From the NCBI GenBank assembly GCA_002269645.1, contig NIVC01001482.1, positions 186,001-250,000 of the forward strand: 64,000 nucleotides of DNA, written 5' to 3'. Position 1 is the stretch's first letter, and the number at the start of each line of letters is the position of its first letter. Positions 36,586 to 49,205 of the stretch are shown here, piece after piece. The position numbers and the translations under genes were made by a program. This DNA comes from Macrostomum lignano. Taxonomy: Eukaryota. The notes under the pieces are model-generated. The model was not told the origin of the DNA and searched no databases. It saw only the letters and a list, made by a program, of their open reading frames with translations.

Positions 36586-39500
36586 ATGGATAATTTATTA
36601 CAGATTTTCGTGAAGGATTTCAACAGCCGCACAGAGACAGTTAGCATTCTCAAGGTAAGAATGATAAGCACCTACCATTGTTTGTACTTACCTATATGAG
36701 GAAAACAATTAGGACCAGAGCTAGTGAGCAGTTTCAGTTCACAGGCAAACCCCGTTCTAACAAAGGATTATCCGTGCTCTCTTAGTCTAACATATCCAGT
36801 GCCAACCCCGTAACGATGTGAAAGAAAAATGAAGCAATGCACTCTCCACGACCTAGGATGCTCAGATCAAGGATCTGTTTCGCAAGCTGGAGGACAAGAC
36901 GGGACTCGAACCTGGCACCTACCAGATGGTCTACGCGAGCAAGACTATCGACTTTGAACAGCACAAAGACAAGCATCTGTCCGACTTTCACTTGGAGAAT
37001 CACGCCAATCTCCACATGGTGCTGCGTCTACCAGGTGGCTCAAGACTGAGAGTGAGTAATACCTGTACCTGTTCATCACAGAATTTGGTATCGCTTCTGA
37101 ACTTCTTAAATTCCGATATTTGCACGCAACTATAATTCTGTGTCAAGGAGCTGGGCGACTGCGTTGAGCTCACCGAGGAGCCGGACATGATCACCTGGGA
37201 CGACGACAAAGACAACTTGCGAGTCAAAATGCCCTGCGGCCACGCCATCGGACCGGACAGCCTCACCATGTACTGTCGCAGCCTGCTGGACTCCGGCCTC
37301 TACCGCTTCCTCTGCCCCTGGCTGGACCCGAACGATTCCAGAGTTGGCTGCCCCGTCGAATGGGACTTCGTCGTTATACGACGGCTGGCCGTGCTTAGCG
37401 ACGAGGAGAGGCAAGAGTTTGAACGAAAGATTTCCGAGAACTACTTGCGACGGGCGGTGAATATTCAGGTACAAGCGTAAGAAACGTTCGATTACAAGAA
37501 ACTTAATACTTTATAGAAATGCAAGATTGTCAGCTGACAGATATCCCGTGACGCCGCAAACGTTAACAGCGTGTTTTCTGTTGCAACTGGCAGCTTTAAA
37601 AGTGATTCATTTCCGAACGGTTCCTCACACAGGAGTGCCCGAGCTGTCACTCCTACTGCAAGCGCGTCAGCTCGCGCGATCGTCGCGTGGTCTGCCCCGC
37701 CTGTTCCAGCGGAGGCAGGCAGCGTTTCGAGTTCTGCTGGTACTGCTTGAACAAGTGGCGCAGTGCTGGCACGGACAAGTGCGGCAATGACATCTGCTCC
37801 GGCAAGGACCCTCGGATCGCCATTCTGGCCGCGGCGCCGGTCAAAGAGATTGTCGGCGTGAAGGGTCAGTTGGCCTGCAGGGGGGATGCACTTGTATGAC
37901 GTAGTACGGCGTATGGCGCGGATGCTTAGTTCATTTTCAGGGGCTTTGACTACGCAGGCAGCCAGCGAGTAGGCAAGTAGTCGTTCACATTCTGCTCACC
38001 AAAGTGTACAGCTGCCATGACTTTCTCATTATCAGAAATTCTGTACACTCTGTGCCTTAGGGATTGGCCCTCATAGTTGAGGAACGCACGGCCAAGTCTT
38101 AGACCAATTTTTTGTGCACGAGCCCCAAATTAACAGTAGAACTTAAGGAGGGAGGACTTTTCACCGTCGGGGCGTCGGGGTGATGACGGAATGCTTGAGA
38201 GACCAGCTGAGGATGTCCTGCAGTTTAGGCTTGCCCACTGTCGAGGATCCAGAAGCTCCGCCTGCGTGAAGGCCAGTGACCAACGAAGTCAGAGCTGATG
38301 CAGACGCATGTGGTTGACGTCCTGATGAAATCTGGAGGTGTATCAAGGCCGCTCTGAGGCGCAGTGCTGATTGGCACACACGGTGTGTATTGAACTCACT
38401 AGCGCTTTTACGACGCTAGAAAAAATCTGACCTTCTGGCAAAATCGTTGAATATCTCGACGGTCTGGAGGGCTGGCGACTTGATTCTTGTTTGAGAAGGT
38501 TTACAACAGAAAGTTAGCCCGTGCTCATAAATTTCGTGTGCCTGCGTGGTTCCCTTACGGCGCAGCAAAAAATTGTCAGGGGATTCCCCCCTTGGTAGTT
38601 CGACGGGCGGAAGAAATGGCTTGTTGGCTTGTTAATGAGGCCGCGCTCAAAATCGAACCCAGGGTGTTTGGTGGGAGAATCGAGGGCGTTAACCGCTGAG
38701 CTGCTCTGCCAAAGAATACGCCCGCAGACACTACGTAATATTCGTCTTCAGACCGTGTTAGACTGTGTTAGATCAATTAACCCTGAGTCCAAAATCCCGA
38801 CATGAAGCATAAAGCCAAGTTTCGAAATCGAACGACTTCGAACCACTGGTCCCCCTTCTCGACTTGAGGCAAACCCTCTGCTGTAGGGAGACAAGCATTA
38901 AAGCTAAGGGAGGTGGCATTAAATACATGGTATATATTCCCCATTTATTTTGTTGTCTAGCGGGCAAAAGCAAGAGGTGTCTCGTTTATTGACCGAGGCG
39001 AAGCCGAGGTCAATGATCGAGACACCGAGTGCTTTTGGCCCTAGACAGCTAAATGAGTGGGGAATATGATATGTATCCCCCGTTCGTTGTCTATGGTTGT
39101 TGTCTCGAATTTATCAGCCCGCGGGGCAGCGGGAAATAAATGATTTATTCACCTAGGGAAATAAATGAAAACATGCGTCACATAGACACTCGCCCGGGGC
39201 AAAAGGGGGATACATGTATGAAGCGGCTCGCGTGGGGCGAGATGAAGACCGCTTGTCCTTTAATAATGTGCTGCGGCTGGGCCTTTTACGGCTCGAGTTT
39301 ATTTGGGCCATAGACAGTTTGAGCAGCAGTGGCTGGCTCTGTCAAAAGTACATGTGTCCACTACACAACCCCCCAGAGCCAGACAATGTTGCTCTTGCAT
39401 TGTGCTCGCTGGGAGCTCAGCTGCTGTGGTAAACGGCTGGGTCAGCTGCGATTACTTTGCCACTGGAAGCGATGGAACGCAATGGAAGCGACTGGGTTAG

Positions 39501-40507
39501 AAAAGGGTCACCGGCAGTGGATGACCGGGTTTCCACTGCCGGTGACCCTTTGGCGGGTGTTCAGGGACGGTTCAAAAGTGTGAGCACTTTGCTGCTGATA
39601 GATCGAGCTGCGGGCCGGTGGCGTTGTGGACCAGTTGAGGTCATAGGCACCAGCATCCTTGAGGCCGAGGGCAGCGGCAGCAGTGGATGGTTGTGCTGAT
39701 GATGATGCTGCTGGTACGTATGCCATTGTGGTGATCCGTCGGTAGCGTGGTGGGGCCTGCAGCGCAGAAAAGTGCACCGATGCTTCGTCCGACGTGTCCG
39801 CCTGTGCTGCTGGGACAAGGCGTTGCTGAGGTGAGCCGCATCGACGTCGCAGCGTCGGGTGGGGCGTTGCAAGCAAACTCTGGCAGGCGAGAGCCCCTTA
39901 CCCGGAGTGCACTGCTCACCTATTGCATAACCGCAGTGACCAGGAATCAGTCATGGTCACTTTGATGCGGCTCCAGTCAGAACCGCTGAGCCGGATGCAG
40001 GGATCGAGGTGGCCGATGGCTTTGGCTGGACTCGGAAGACCTGGTGGCCGAAACTGTGACGAGGCAGCGGGCGAAAAGCTTGAAATACTCAGCTACGGCT
40101 GATTATGTCGGGCTCACCACTGAAGAGGCTCGCGTGCGGCGAGATGAAGACCGCTTGTCCTTTAATAAAGTGCTGCGGCTCGGGCCTTTTACGGCTCTAG
40201 TTTATTTGGGCGATAGACAGTTTGAGCAGCAGTGGCTGGCTCTGTCAAAAGTACATGTGTCCACTACATGTAGTAATGTGTTATCCCCAAAATCACGCAT
40301 CCAGACGTGCCCGGTCGCCGCGCCTGCATCCACTGCGGCATGATCATCGAGCACGTTCGTTTTTGCAAGCACATGAAGTGCATCTGCGGCCAAGAGTTCT
40401 GCTTTATCTGCTTAAAGCCGAAGAACAGCGAGGGCAACTGGCAGTGCGGCAGCTTCAACGCCCCGTGTACAATTGCTCCAAGGCAAACTCAGGTGCCCGG
40501 AGAATGA
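36586..40507 (+). CDS. Ubiquitin-like domain + RBR E3 ligase, paralog 2 (about 339 aa)
   Basis: Exons 36586-36654, 36857-37051, 37148-37468, 37633-37864, 40305-40507 with the same intron positions as paralog 1. Ubl MDNLLQIFVKDFNSRTETVSILK..VLRLPGG; RING2 FCKHMKC. AATAAA near 40526. Confidence 0.9.
38923..39218. mobile_element. Palindromic non-autonomous element (long hairpin plus second inverted pair)
   Basis: Imperfect hairpin 38923-39076 centred on CCGAGGCGAAGCCGAGG, then ATGTATCCCCC...GGGGGATACAT; family not determined. Confidence 0.6.
39219..40268 (-). mobile_element. Miniature non-autonomous LTR retroelement (TRIM-like) in RBR2 intron 4
   Basis: Direct repeats 39219-39365 and 40121-40268 (about 147 bp, TG...CA); 4-bp TSD TGTA; on the minus strand a PBS TGGTGAGCCCGACATAAT next to the 5' LTR and a poly-G PPT before the 3' LTR. 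Confidence 0.85.
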
Positions 40508-40799
40508 GGCACTTCTTAAAATACTAATAAATAAAATAAATAGCATCGATGCTTTGGATGGTGTAAAACAATCAATATGTTTGTTTTCAAATCAATAAAA
40601 AGCTAGTTAGATCACAGTGCAGTGGCTAGAACCTGTTAGACTTACATTTAGTTTAGTCCTAAGCCGATTATTTTACCTGGTAGGATCTAAACAAAATATT
40701 AGAAAGTCTTGAAATATTAATTTCTGGCTTAATGTCTCTCGAGTCTCATCAGTTAAGTCGCACTTTTGTTAAAATTGAACAGGAAAATATTTATATGCA

Positions 40800-41955
40800 T
40801 CTCAGTTGGTCAAGATCTCTCGTAGGATCGTTTGGTTAATGTCTCTCGTGAGGTCTCAATTCTCAGTTGGTTAATGTCTCTCGTGAGGTCTCAATTCTCA
40901 GTTGGTTAATGTCTCTCGTGAGGTCTGAATTCTCAGTTGGTTAATGTCTCTCGTGAGGTCTCAATTCTCAGTTGGTTAATGTCTCTCGTGAGGTCTCAAT
41001 TCTCAGTTGGTTAATGTCTCTCGTGAGGTCTCAATTCTCAGTTGGTTAATGTCTCTCGTGAGGTCTGAATTCTCAGTTGGTTAATGTCTCTCGTGAGGTC
41101 TCAATTCTCAGTTGGTTAATGTCTCTCGTGAGGTCTCAATTCTCAGTTGGTTAATGTCTCTCGTGAGGTCTCAATTCTCAGTTGGTTAATGTCTCTCGTG
41201 AGGTCTGAATTCTCAGTTGGTTAATGTCTCTCGTGAGGTCTCAATTCTCAGTTGGTTAATGTCTCTCGTGAGGTCTCAATTCTCAGTTGGTTAATGTCTC
41301 TCGTGAGGTCTCAATTCTCGGTTGGTTAATGTCTCTCGTGAGGTCTCAATTCTCGGTTGGTTAATGTCTCTCGTGAGGTCTCAATTCTCAGTTGGTTAAT
41401 GTCTCTCGTGAGGTCTCAATTCTCAGTTGGTTAATGTCTCTCGTGAGGTCTCAATTCTCAGTTGGTTAATGTCTCTCGTGAGGTCTCAATTCTCAGTTGG
41501 TTAATGTCTCTCGTGAGGTCTGAATTCTCAGTTGGTTAATGTCTCTCGTGAGGTCTCAATTCTCAGTTGGTTAATGTCTCTCGTGAGGTCTCAATTCTCA
41601 GTTGGTTAATGTCTCTCGTGAGGTCTCAATTCTCGGTTGGTTAATGTCTCTCGTGAGGTCTCAATTCTCGGTTGGTTAATGTCTCTCGTGAGGTCTCAAT
41701 TCTCAGTTGGTTAATGTCTCTCGTGAGGTCTCAATTCTCAGTTGGTTAATGTCTCTCGTGAGGTCTCAATTCTCAGTTGGTTAATGTCTCTCGTGAGGTC
41801 TCAATTCTCAGTTGGTTAATGTCTCTCGTGAGGCCTCAATTCTCAGTTGGTTAATGTCTCTCGTGAGGTCTCAATTCTCAGTTGGTTAATGTCTCTCGTA
41901 AGGCCTCAATTCTCATTCTCAAGGCCTCAATTCTCATGTCTCTCGTGAGGTCTGG
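40800..41955. repeat. 35-bp minisatellite, about 32 copies
   Basis: Unit TCTCAGTTGGTTAATGTCTCTCGTGAGGTCTCAAT. Confidence 0.97.
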
Positions 41956-42767
41956 TGCGGGGCTGCAGTGCATACTCTGCTGTCATTCGAAGTTGCTTAA
42001 TTACAAGTATTTTTAGAATTCGAAGCTTGCATTTTACAGAGCTAGAAAGCTACAACTTTAGCATATTACGTATGAGCTAAATTTAGAAATCAAGTGTGCA
42101 GCTTTAATGATTTAGTACCTAGTCGTCTTTAAACTGTGGTTATCCATTTATGGTTTGCCATGTAAGTCTAAACAACTTAAAGAAAGTTGCTTCAAATCAT
42201 TCTCTATACACTTCAATAATCATACTGGATAGTACCCTGTCTGGATAATTTTTGCAATGCTTGATATTAGTAGGAGACACTGCTACAAGTTCAGTAACTC
42301 ACTGTACGATTTCATTTAACCAGTTTGGCTGTACCAATTAGTGATTACAGATGGCTCTAGTGCTGCACTGGATTCACGGGGCTGAGACAGACTTATGCGC
42401 CTTTTCGAGCTTGTGAAAGAATTATTGCTTTAGTTTCTTTGATGTTCTGCTAATATCCTTAGCTGTAATTTATTAATCTCTGTGTACTACTGCAAACCTA
42501 GAAGCACCAGTAGTGTATTTCTTGCGCTATTGTAAAATAATAAAAACACATGTAATGCGGGTTTTTAATGGTAAAATTTTTAATCATACTAAACACGTTG
42601 CGATGCTACTTTACAGCTAAATAGCCAAATCCAATTTATTTGCTACCGGCTTGCCTATAAAATCAATTTTTTTAACATATCCAAGTTGAAATGCAGAGCA
42701 TTGCAAGCAGATTCAGTTCCATAGATGAAAAACGCATCAAGCACCACTGTAAGTAGTATGAGCTTCT

Positions 42768-44784
42768 TTATCTCTTGCGCTTTCTAGTTCCCTGTCCGGA
42801 TTTAGCAGGAGGCCTTTCAGCTTCGAGCTTCTTCGATTCAACCTCGCCATCAGCGGCGGCGTCGGCAGGTGTCTCAGTCGATAATGACGCCGGCTTGACC
42901 TCATCAACAATGGCGGGCGACTTCAAATGCTGGAATCTGGCCAAGTCTGCAGCGAACAAGACGGTGTGCGCCCAGCCGGCGTGCGGCTGCCACAGGCTGG
43001 GGAAGAAGTCGCTAATTGATTGATAGGCCGACTCGGTCAGGCTCTTTGTGGAGGCTGGTAGGCCGTACAGGCTGCGAGCGATTCGCATCACGTGCACATC
43101 CACTGGCACCAGGTGCAGCTGGTCCAGCGACATCAGGCAGACGCAATCGGCCACTTTACGGCCAACCCCGGTGAATTCTTTGGTGAGGCAGCGTCGGATC
43201 TCGTCTGGCTGCGCCGAGCCGCGCAGGCTGTGCAGCCAATCGGCGCCGCCCAGGTCGAGCAGCCGCCTGGCGCTCTCGACTACAAATTTGGCGCGATAGC
43301 CGAAGCCCAACTCGCGGAGGCGCGGTTCCGCCTCTGGTGAGCACAGGGCCGACAGCTGCAGAGCGGCGGGGCGAGGCGCGAGGCATGCAACAGTGGAGCT
43401 GTTGGGGTGGTGGGTGCTGCTGCCCTGGATTCCTGCGACTGATGATGGGGTGGTGGGTGCTGTTGCCCTGGATTCCTGCGACTGATGATGGGGTGGTGGG
43501 TGCTGCTGCCCTGGATTCCCGCGACTGATGATGGGGTGGTGGGTGCTGCTGCCCTGGATTCCTGCGACTGATGATGGGGTGGTGGGTGCTGTTGCCCTGG
43601 ATTCCTGCGACTGATGATGGGGTGGTGGGTGCTGCTGCCCTGGATTCCCGCGACTGATGATGGGGTGGTGGGTGCTGCTGCCCTGGATTCCTGCGACTGA
43701 TGATGGGGTGGTGGGTGCTGCTGCCCTGGATTCCTAGGGCTGATAGGGTAGGCTATAACCTCCTAGATTCCCGGTGCTCACCTGGGGAAAGCCGTGGTAC
43801 TCGCGGCCGTCAACAATGCAAATTTGCTGGCCAAAATGTTTGCACAATTTCTCAACCAGCTGACTAATCCGGGCAATATTGTTGTTAGACGAGCAGATGA
43901 AGCTGAATAAATTCTCCAGCGGTTGCTGACGTAACAGGCGCACGCGGACGTCAGGGAACTGGCTGCATACTGAGCGGAACACCGGGTCCGAAGCGCTCCA
44001 ACCAGCGTACAGGCTCTCCAGGGTGGGACCGTTCAATCGGAGATAGTCCTCCAGCACCTGCTGGTCCGAGGCGGCGCTGGTGGATGGCGGATAGACCTGC
44101 GGATAGTAGGGGACAGGCGAATGCTGAGAATATGGGAGTCAGGGTGTGACTGTTTGATCAGGCTGGAGATCTGGGATTCCGCTAGCCGATGACTGGGGAT
44201 CTGGGATCTCAGGATTTTTTATCTTAGGATCTGAAATCTCAGTATCCGGAAACTCCGGATCTTTGATCTCAGGATCTCTGTTTGATCTCAGGAACTGGAA
44301 TCGCGGGATCTGGGATCTCAGGATCTGGAATCTCACGATGAGATGGGATCTCACGATCTGGGATCTCACGATTTTTGATCTTAGGATCTCGAATCTCAGG
44401 ATCTGGGACCTCAGGATCTGGGATCTCGGGATCTGGGATCTCGGATCTGGAAACCCAGGATCTGAAAGCTCAGGATCTGGAATCTCAGGATCTGGTATCT
44501 CAGGTTGCAACGAAAGATAAAATAGTCACTATCACATCACGACACACCTGAAACTCGATGCACGCCTCATTGGGCCGCCGCAGAAGCCACACCTTATCGG
44601 CGTGAACCCCGGCCCAGTAGCCGTCCTGTTCCAGCTGGCGCCAGCGGAAGCTCTGCCCGCAGGCCAGAGTGACGCCAAGGTTCAGCTCGGAAGCCGGACA
44701 GGAGAGCGAGTGCCAGGCGTTGCCCGAGCTGGCAAAAACCTTCGGCGCAGCATCTGCCGCCGCCTTTTTCAGCTTTCTCAACAT
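42768..44784 (-). CDS. OGG1: 8-oxoguanine DNA glycosylase/AP lyase (about 379 aa, 3 exons)
   Basis: Exons 44784-44548, 44096-43782, 43355-42768. Motifs ELNLGVTLACGQSFRW, LLRQQPLENLFSFICSSNNNIARI, LGFGYRAK, HhH-GPD FTGVGRKVADCVCLMSLD..VPVDVH, AGWAHTVLF; C-terminal NLS-like RKRKR. Confidence 0.96.
43390..43738. repeat. 43-bp minisatellite in OGG1 intron 2
   Basis: Unit GATGATGGGGTGGTGGGTGCTG(C/T)TGCCCTGGATTCC(T/C)GCGACT. Confidence 0.95.
44150..44505. repeat. Degenerate GGATCT-based repeat in OGG1 intron 1
   Basis: Repeated CTCAGGATCTGG-like units. Confidence 0.85.
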
Positions 44785-44864
44785 GCATTGGATTGATATG
44801 AGTCAGTGATAACACAGATACAACAATCGTAGTAATAATTCATCAATTTTTAGACGCATTTCAG

Positions 44865-45245
44865 ACTATCTTTAGAACAAAAATCGATAGATTTCCCTTT
44901 GAACAACCTAGAAGGCAGTCATTCGCTATGGTTTTCCGTGCTATTTTTAGAACCAAATCGATAGATTTCCCTTTACACAGCCCAGAAGGCAGTCCCACGC
45001 AAAGGTTTTCCGTGCTATTTTTAGAACCAAATCGATAGATTTCCCTTTACACAGCCCAGAAGGCAGTCCCACGCAAAGGTTTTTCGTGCTATTTTTAGAA
45101 CCAAATCAATGGATTTCCCTTTACACAACCTAGAAGGCAGTTCCTCACTAAGGTTTTCCGTGCTATTTTTAGAACCAAAATCGATAGATTTCCCTTTACA
45201 CAGCCCGAAGGAAGCACTTCGCTATGGTTTCCCGGGTTATTTTTA
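44865..45245. repeat. ~74-bp tandem repeat (about 5 copies) immediately upstream of OGG1
   Basis: Unit CTATTTTTAGAACCAAATCGATAGATTTCCCTTTACACAGCCCAGAAGGCAGT...GGTTTTCCGTG. Confidence 0.9.
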
Positions 45246-46009
45246 GAACAAGAAATTCTCACTTTTCAGTGATATTTTTTCTTTAATTATGCAATTTTTT
45301 ACACTTTTGCAAGCGATTTTTTTGCAGGGAATTCCCTTAAAATCTTTACGAACTAGGCAAGATGGCCCCTCAAAACTGTTAAGTACCTGCTGACAACCTA
45401 ATAATAAATGAATGAGTAAATAACAAGACAAAAGACTGACCAATTATGTCAAACTGCAAAGAATTCTTAAAGAAATGACAGTTGAAAGAAATGACTCAAT
45501 AGAAAAAGCACAAAAGATTTTCAAGTTTTTTAATCATAAATAATATACATTATTGCAAATTTGTTGAACAAGAACTGTACTGGTTTCTATACTCAAGTTT
45601 TAGTAGTCTATTTAGCAAATGTGCGCTTATCTATAATTGCGCAAATAACAATGAATTAGGCGTGTATTGATAGAACAGCCATCATTAGGGATTGCTTTTA
45701 GAATTTAAAATAGGAGATAACGGAAACAAAGAGAGGAATCTGAAACATCTTTGGCTGCTAATATGAAATAGGGGCACTTTGGATTTGCCAAAAGCTTTGT
45801 TATAAACAATGTAATAGATAAAGCTTACTGCTATGAGGTACGTACTGCAATATTGCAAAATCTATCGGAACACGAGATTCTAACATTCAGTTATCAATAT
45901 CGAATGATGAAGCGTCGCTCAGCCAGGAGGCAGCATTTCGGATCTGTATGGGTCAAAAGTTTGAAGATTCTGGGAAACATTTCTGAAACCTCTAGATCGA
46001 TATTTTTAA

Positions 46010-47925
46010 CACCTGTAGATCGTGATTGCTTAACCTGTAGATATCAGGATTGCTTAACCTCTAGAGATCAGGATTGCTTAACCTCTAGATATCAGGATTG
46101 CTTAACCTCTAGATATCAGGATTGTTTAACCTCTAGATATCAGGATTGTTTAACCTCTAGATATCAGGATTGCTTAACCTCTAGATATCAGGATTGCTTA
46201 ACCTCTAGATATCAGGATTGCTTAACCTCTAGATATCAGGATTGTTTAACCTGTAGATATCAGGATTGTTTAACCTCTAGATATCAGGATTGCTTAACCT
46301 CTAGATATCAGGATTGTTTAACCTGTAGATATCAGGATTGCTTAACCTCTAGAGATCAGGATTGCTTAACCTCTAGATATCAGGATTGTTTAACCTCTAG
46401 ATATCAGGATTGCTTAACCTCTAGATATCAGGATTGCTTAACCTCTAGATATCAGGATTGCTTAACCTCTAGATATCAGGATTGTTTAACCTGTAGATAT
46501 CAGGATTGCTTAACCTCTAGATATCAGGATTGCTTAACCTCTAGATATCAGGATTGTTTAACCTGTAGATATCAGGATTGCTTAACCTCTAGAGATCAGG
46601 ATTGCTTAACCTCTAGATATCAGGATTGTTTAACCTCTAGATATCAGGATTGCTTAACCTCTAGAGATCAGGATTGCTTAACCTCTAGAGATCAGGATTG
46701 CTTAACTTCTAGATGCCAGGATTGTTTAACCTCTAGAGATCAGGATTGCTTAACCTCTAGAGATCAGGATTGCTTAACCTCTAGATATCAGGATTGTTTA
46801 ACCTCTAGATATCAGGATTGCTTAACCTCTAGATATCAGGATTGTTTAACCTGTAGATATCAGGATTGCTTAACCTCTAGAGATCAGGATTGTTTAACCT
46901 GTAGATATCAGGATTGTTTAACCTCTAGATATCAGGATTGCTTAACCTCTAGGATTGCTTAACCTGTAGATATCAGGATTGCTTAACCTCTAGAGATCAG
47001 GATTGCTTAACCTCTAGATATCAGGATTGCTTAACCTCTAGATATCAGGATTGTTTAACCTGTAGATATCAGGATTGCTTAACCTCTAGAGATCAGGATT
47101 GCTTAACCTCTAGATATCAGGATTGCTTAACCTCTAGATATCAGGATTGCTTAACCTCTAGATATCAGGATTGCTTAACCTGTAGATATCAGGATTGCTT
47201 AACCTGTAGATATCAGGATTGCTTAACCTCTAGATATCAGGATTGCTTAACCTCTAGATATCAGGATTGCTTAACCTCTAGATATCAGGATTGCTTAACC
47301 TCTAGATATCAGGATTGTTTAACCTGTAGATATCAGGATTGCTTAACCTCTAGAGATCAGGATTGCTTAACCTCTAGATATCAGGATTGCTTAACCTCTA
47401 GAGATCAGGATTGCTTAACCTCTAGAGATCAGGATTGCTTAACTTCTAGATGCCAGGATTGTTTAACCTCTAGAGATCAGGATTGCTTAACCTCTAGAGA
47501 TCAGGATTGCTTAACCTCTAGATATCAGGATTGTTTAACCTCTAGATATCAGGATTGTTTAACCTCTAGAGATCAGGATTGCTTAACTTCTAGATGCCAG
47601 GATTGCTTAACCTCTAGATATCAGGATTGCTTAACCTCTAGGATTGCTTAACCTGTAGATATCAGGATTGCTTAACCTCTAGAGATCAGGATTGCTTAAC
47701 TTCTAGATGCCAGGATTGTTTAACCTCTAGAGATCAGGATTGCTTAACCTCTAGAGATCAGGATTGCTTAACCTCTAGAGATCAGGATTGCTTAACCTCT
47801 AGAGATCAGGATTGCTTAACCTCTAGAGATCAGGATTGCTTAACCTCTAGAGATCAGGATTGCTTAACCTCTAGAGATCAGGATTGTTTAACCTGTAGAG
47901 ATCAGGATTGCTTAACCTCAAGATT
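46010..47925. repeat. 24-bp minisatellite, about 80 copies
   Basis: Unit TTAACCT(C/G)TAGA(T/G)ATCAGGATTG(C/T). Confidence 0.97.
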
Positions 47926-48744
47926 GCTATTTTGAAAAGAACAAATAAACCATTAAATTGTTTTCATTCGCTAAATAAGGAAGCTAAAAAACATATCTGA
48001 ATATTGGGGATTAACATTTATCAATAACAAATATTAGCTCAGCAATGTGTAACTACATGAAGCAGTGGGCAAACACGAAGGAACAGTGTAAATTATTCTA
48101 ACAAAAATGCACCATTCGGTCTAACATTTGTACTAAACTCAAAGTTTTTCTTTATAATATCCAGCTTCCTTACCTTACAAGATAATTCTTATATAGTGAA
48201 CTACAATTGCCAATTATTAAATTGATCTCAATCTCAATAAAGCATCAGTCAAAGTCCATCAGCTGTGGGGAATGTCAAATTTTGATTGATGCTATCTACA
48301 TCTCAAAACATAATAAATTTAGATACAGAAACACAATATAAGAGCGTACTAATGACAAGGGCATTGATCATGCAACACTAACAAGCGGATGTACAGGGAG
48401 ACAATCCATCCTGCTATCCAAATACTTATACAAAATATTAGAAAACATAATTTATATCAAATAGGGGTTGACTGAACCAATTTGACAAGCCTAATACATG
48501 CAAAACTGTTCACGTCGATTGTAAACTTTTAAATTATTACTACAAATAACAATATATAACATGATAATTAATATTATTATCAATAATTTTAGAGGTTAAC
48601 AAACAAAACAAGTCTGCAGAGCAGTCGCAAAGTTAGACTGTGAAATAAGTTAGCAGAATGTTTAAAGAACAAAAACTAAGGAATCACCAAGCTCGACGTA
48701 GATAAGAATGAGCGAACTGTGCAACCGTGAATGCGGGAACCGTG

Positions 48745-48745
48745 A

Positions 48746-48780
<35 letters not shown>

Positions 48781-48782
48781 AC

Positions 48783-48858
<76 letters not shown>

Positions 48859-48887
48859 AAACGACAGACAGACAGACAGACAGACAC

Positions 48888-48934
<47 letters not shown>

Positions 48935-48961
48935 CACAGACAGAGAGACAGACAGACAGAC

Positions 48962-48992
<31 letters not shown>

Positions 48993-48993
48993 C

Positions 48994-49044
<51 letters not shown>

Positions 49045-49077
49045 CACAGACAGACAGACAGACACACAGACAGACAC

Positions 49078-49140
<63 letters not shown>

Positions 49141-49163
49141 CACAGACAGATAGACACACAGAC

Positions 49164-49202
<39 letters not shown>

Positions 49203-49205
49203 CAG
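48745..49205. repeat. (GACA)n microsatellite
   Basis: Direct inspection. Confidence 0.97.

Noticed and set aside
45853-46962. 369-aa ORF with QDCLTSRY repeats
   Set aside because: A 24-bp minisatellite lacking stops in one frame; no splice or domain support.
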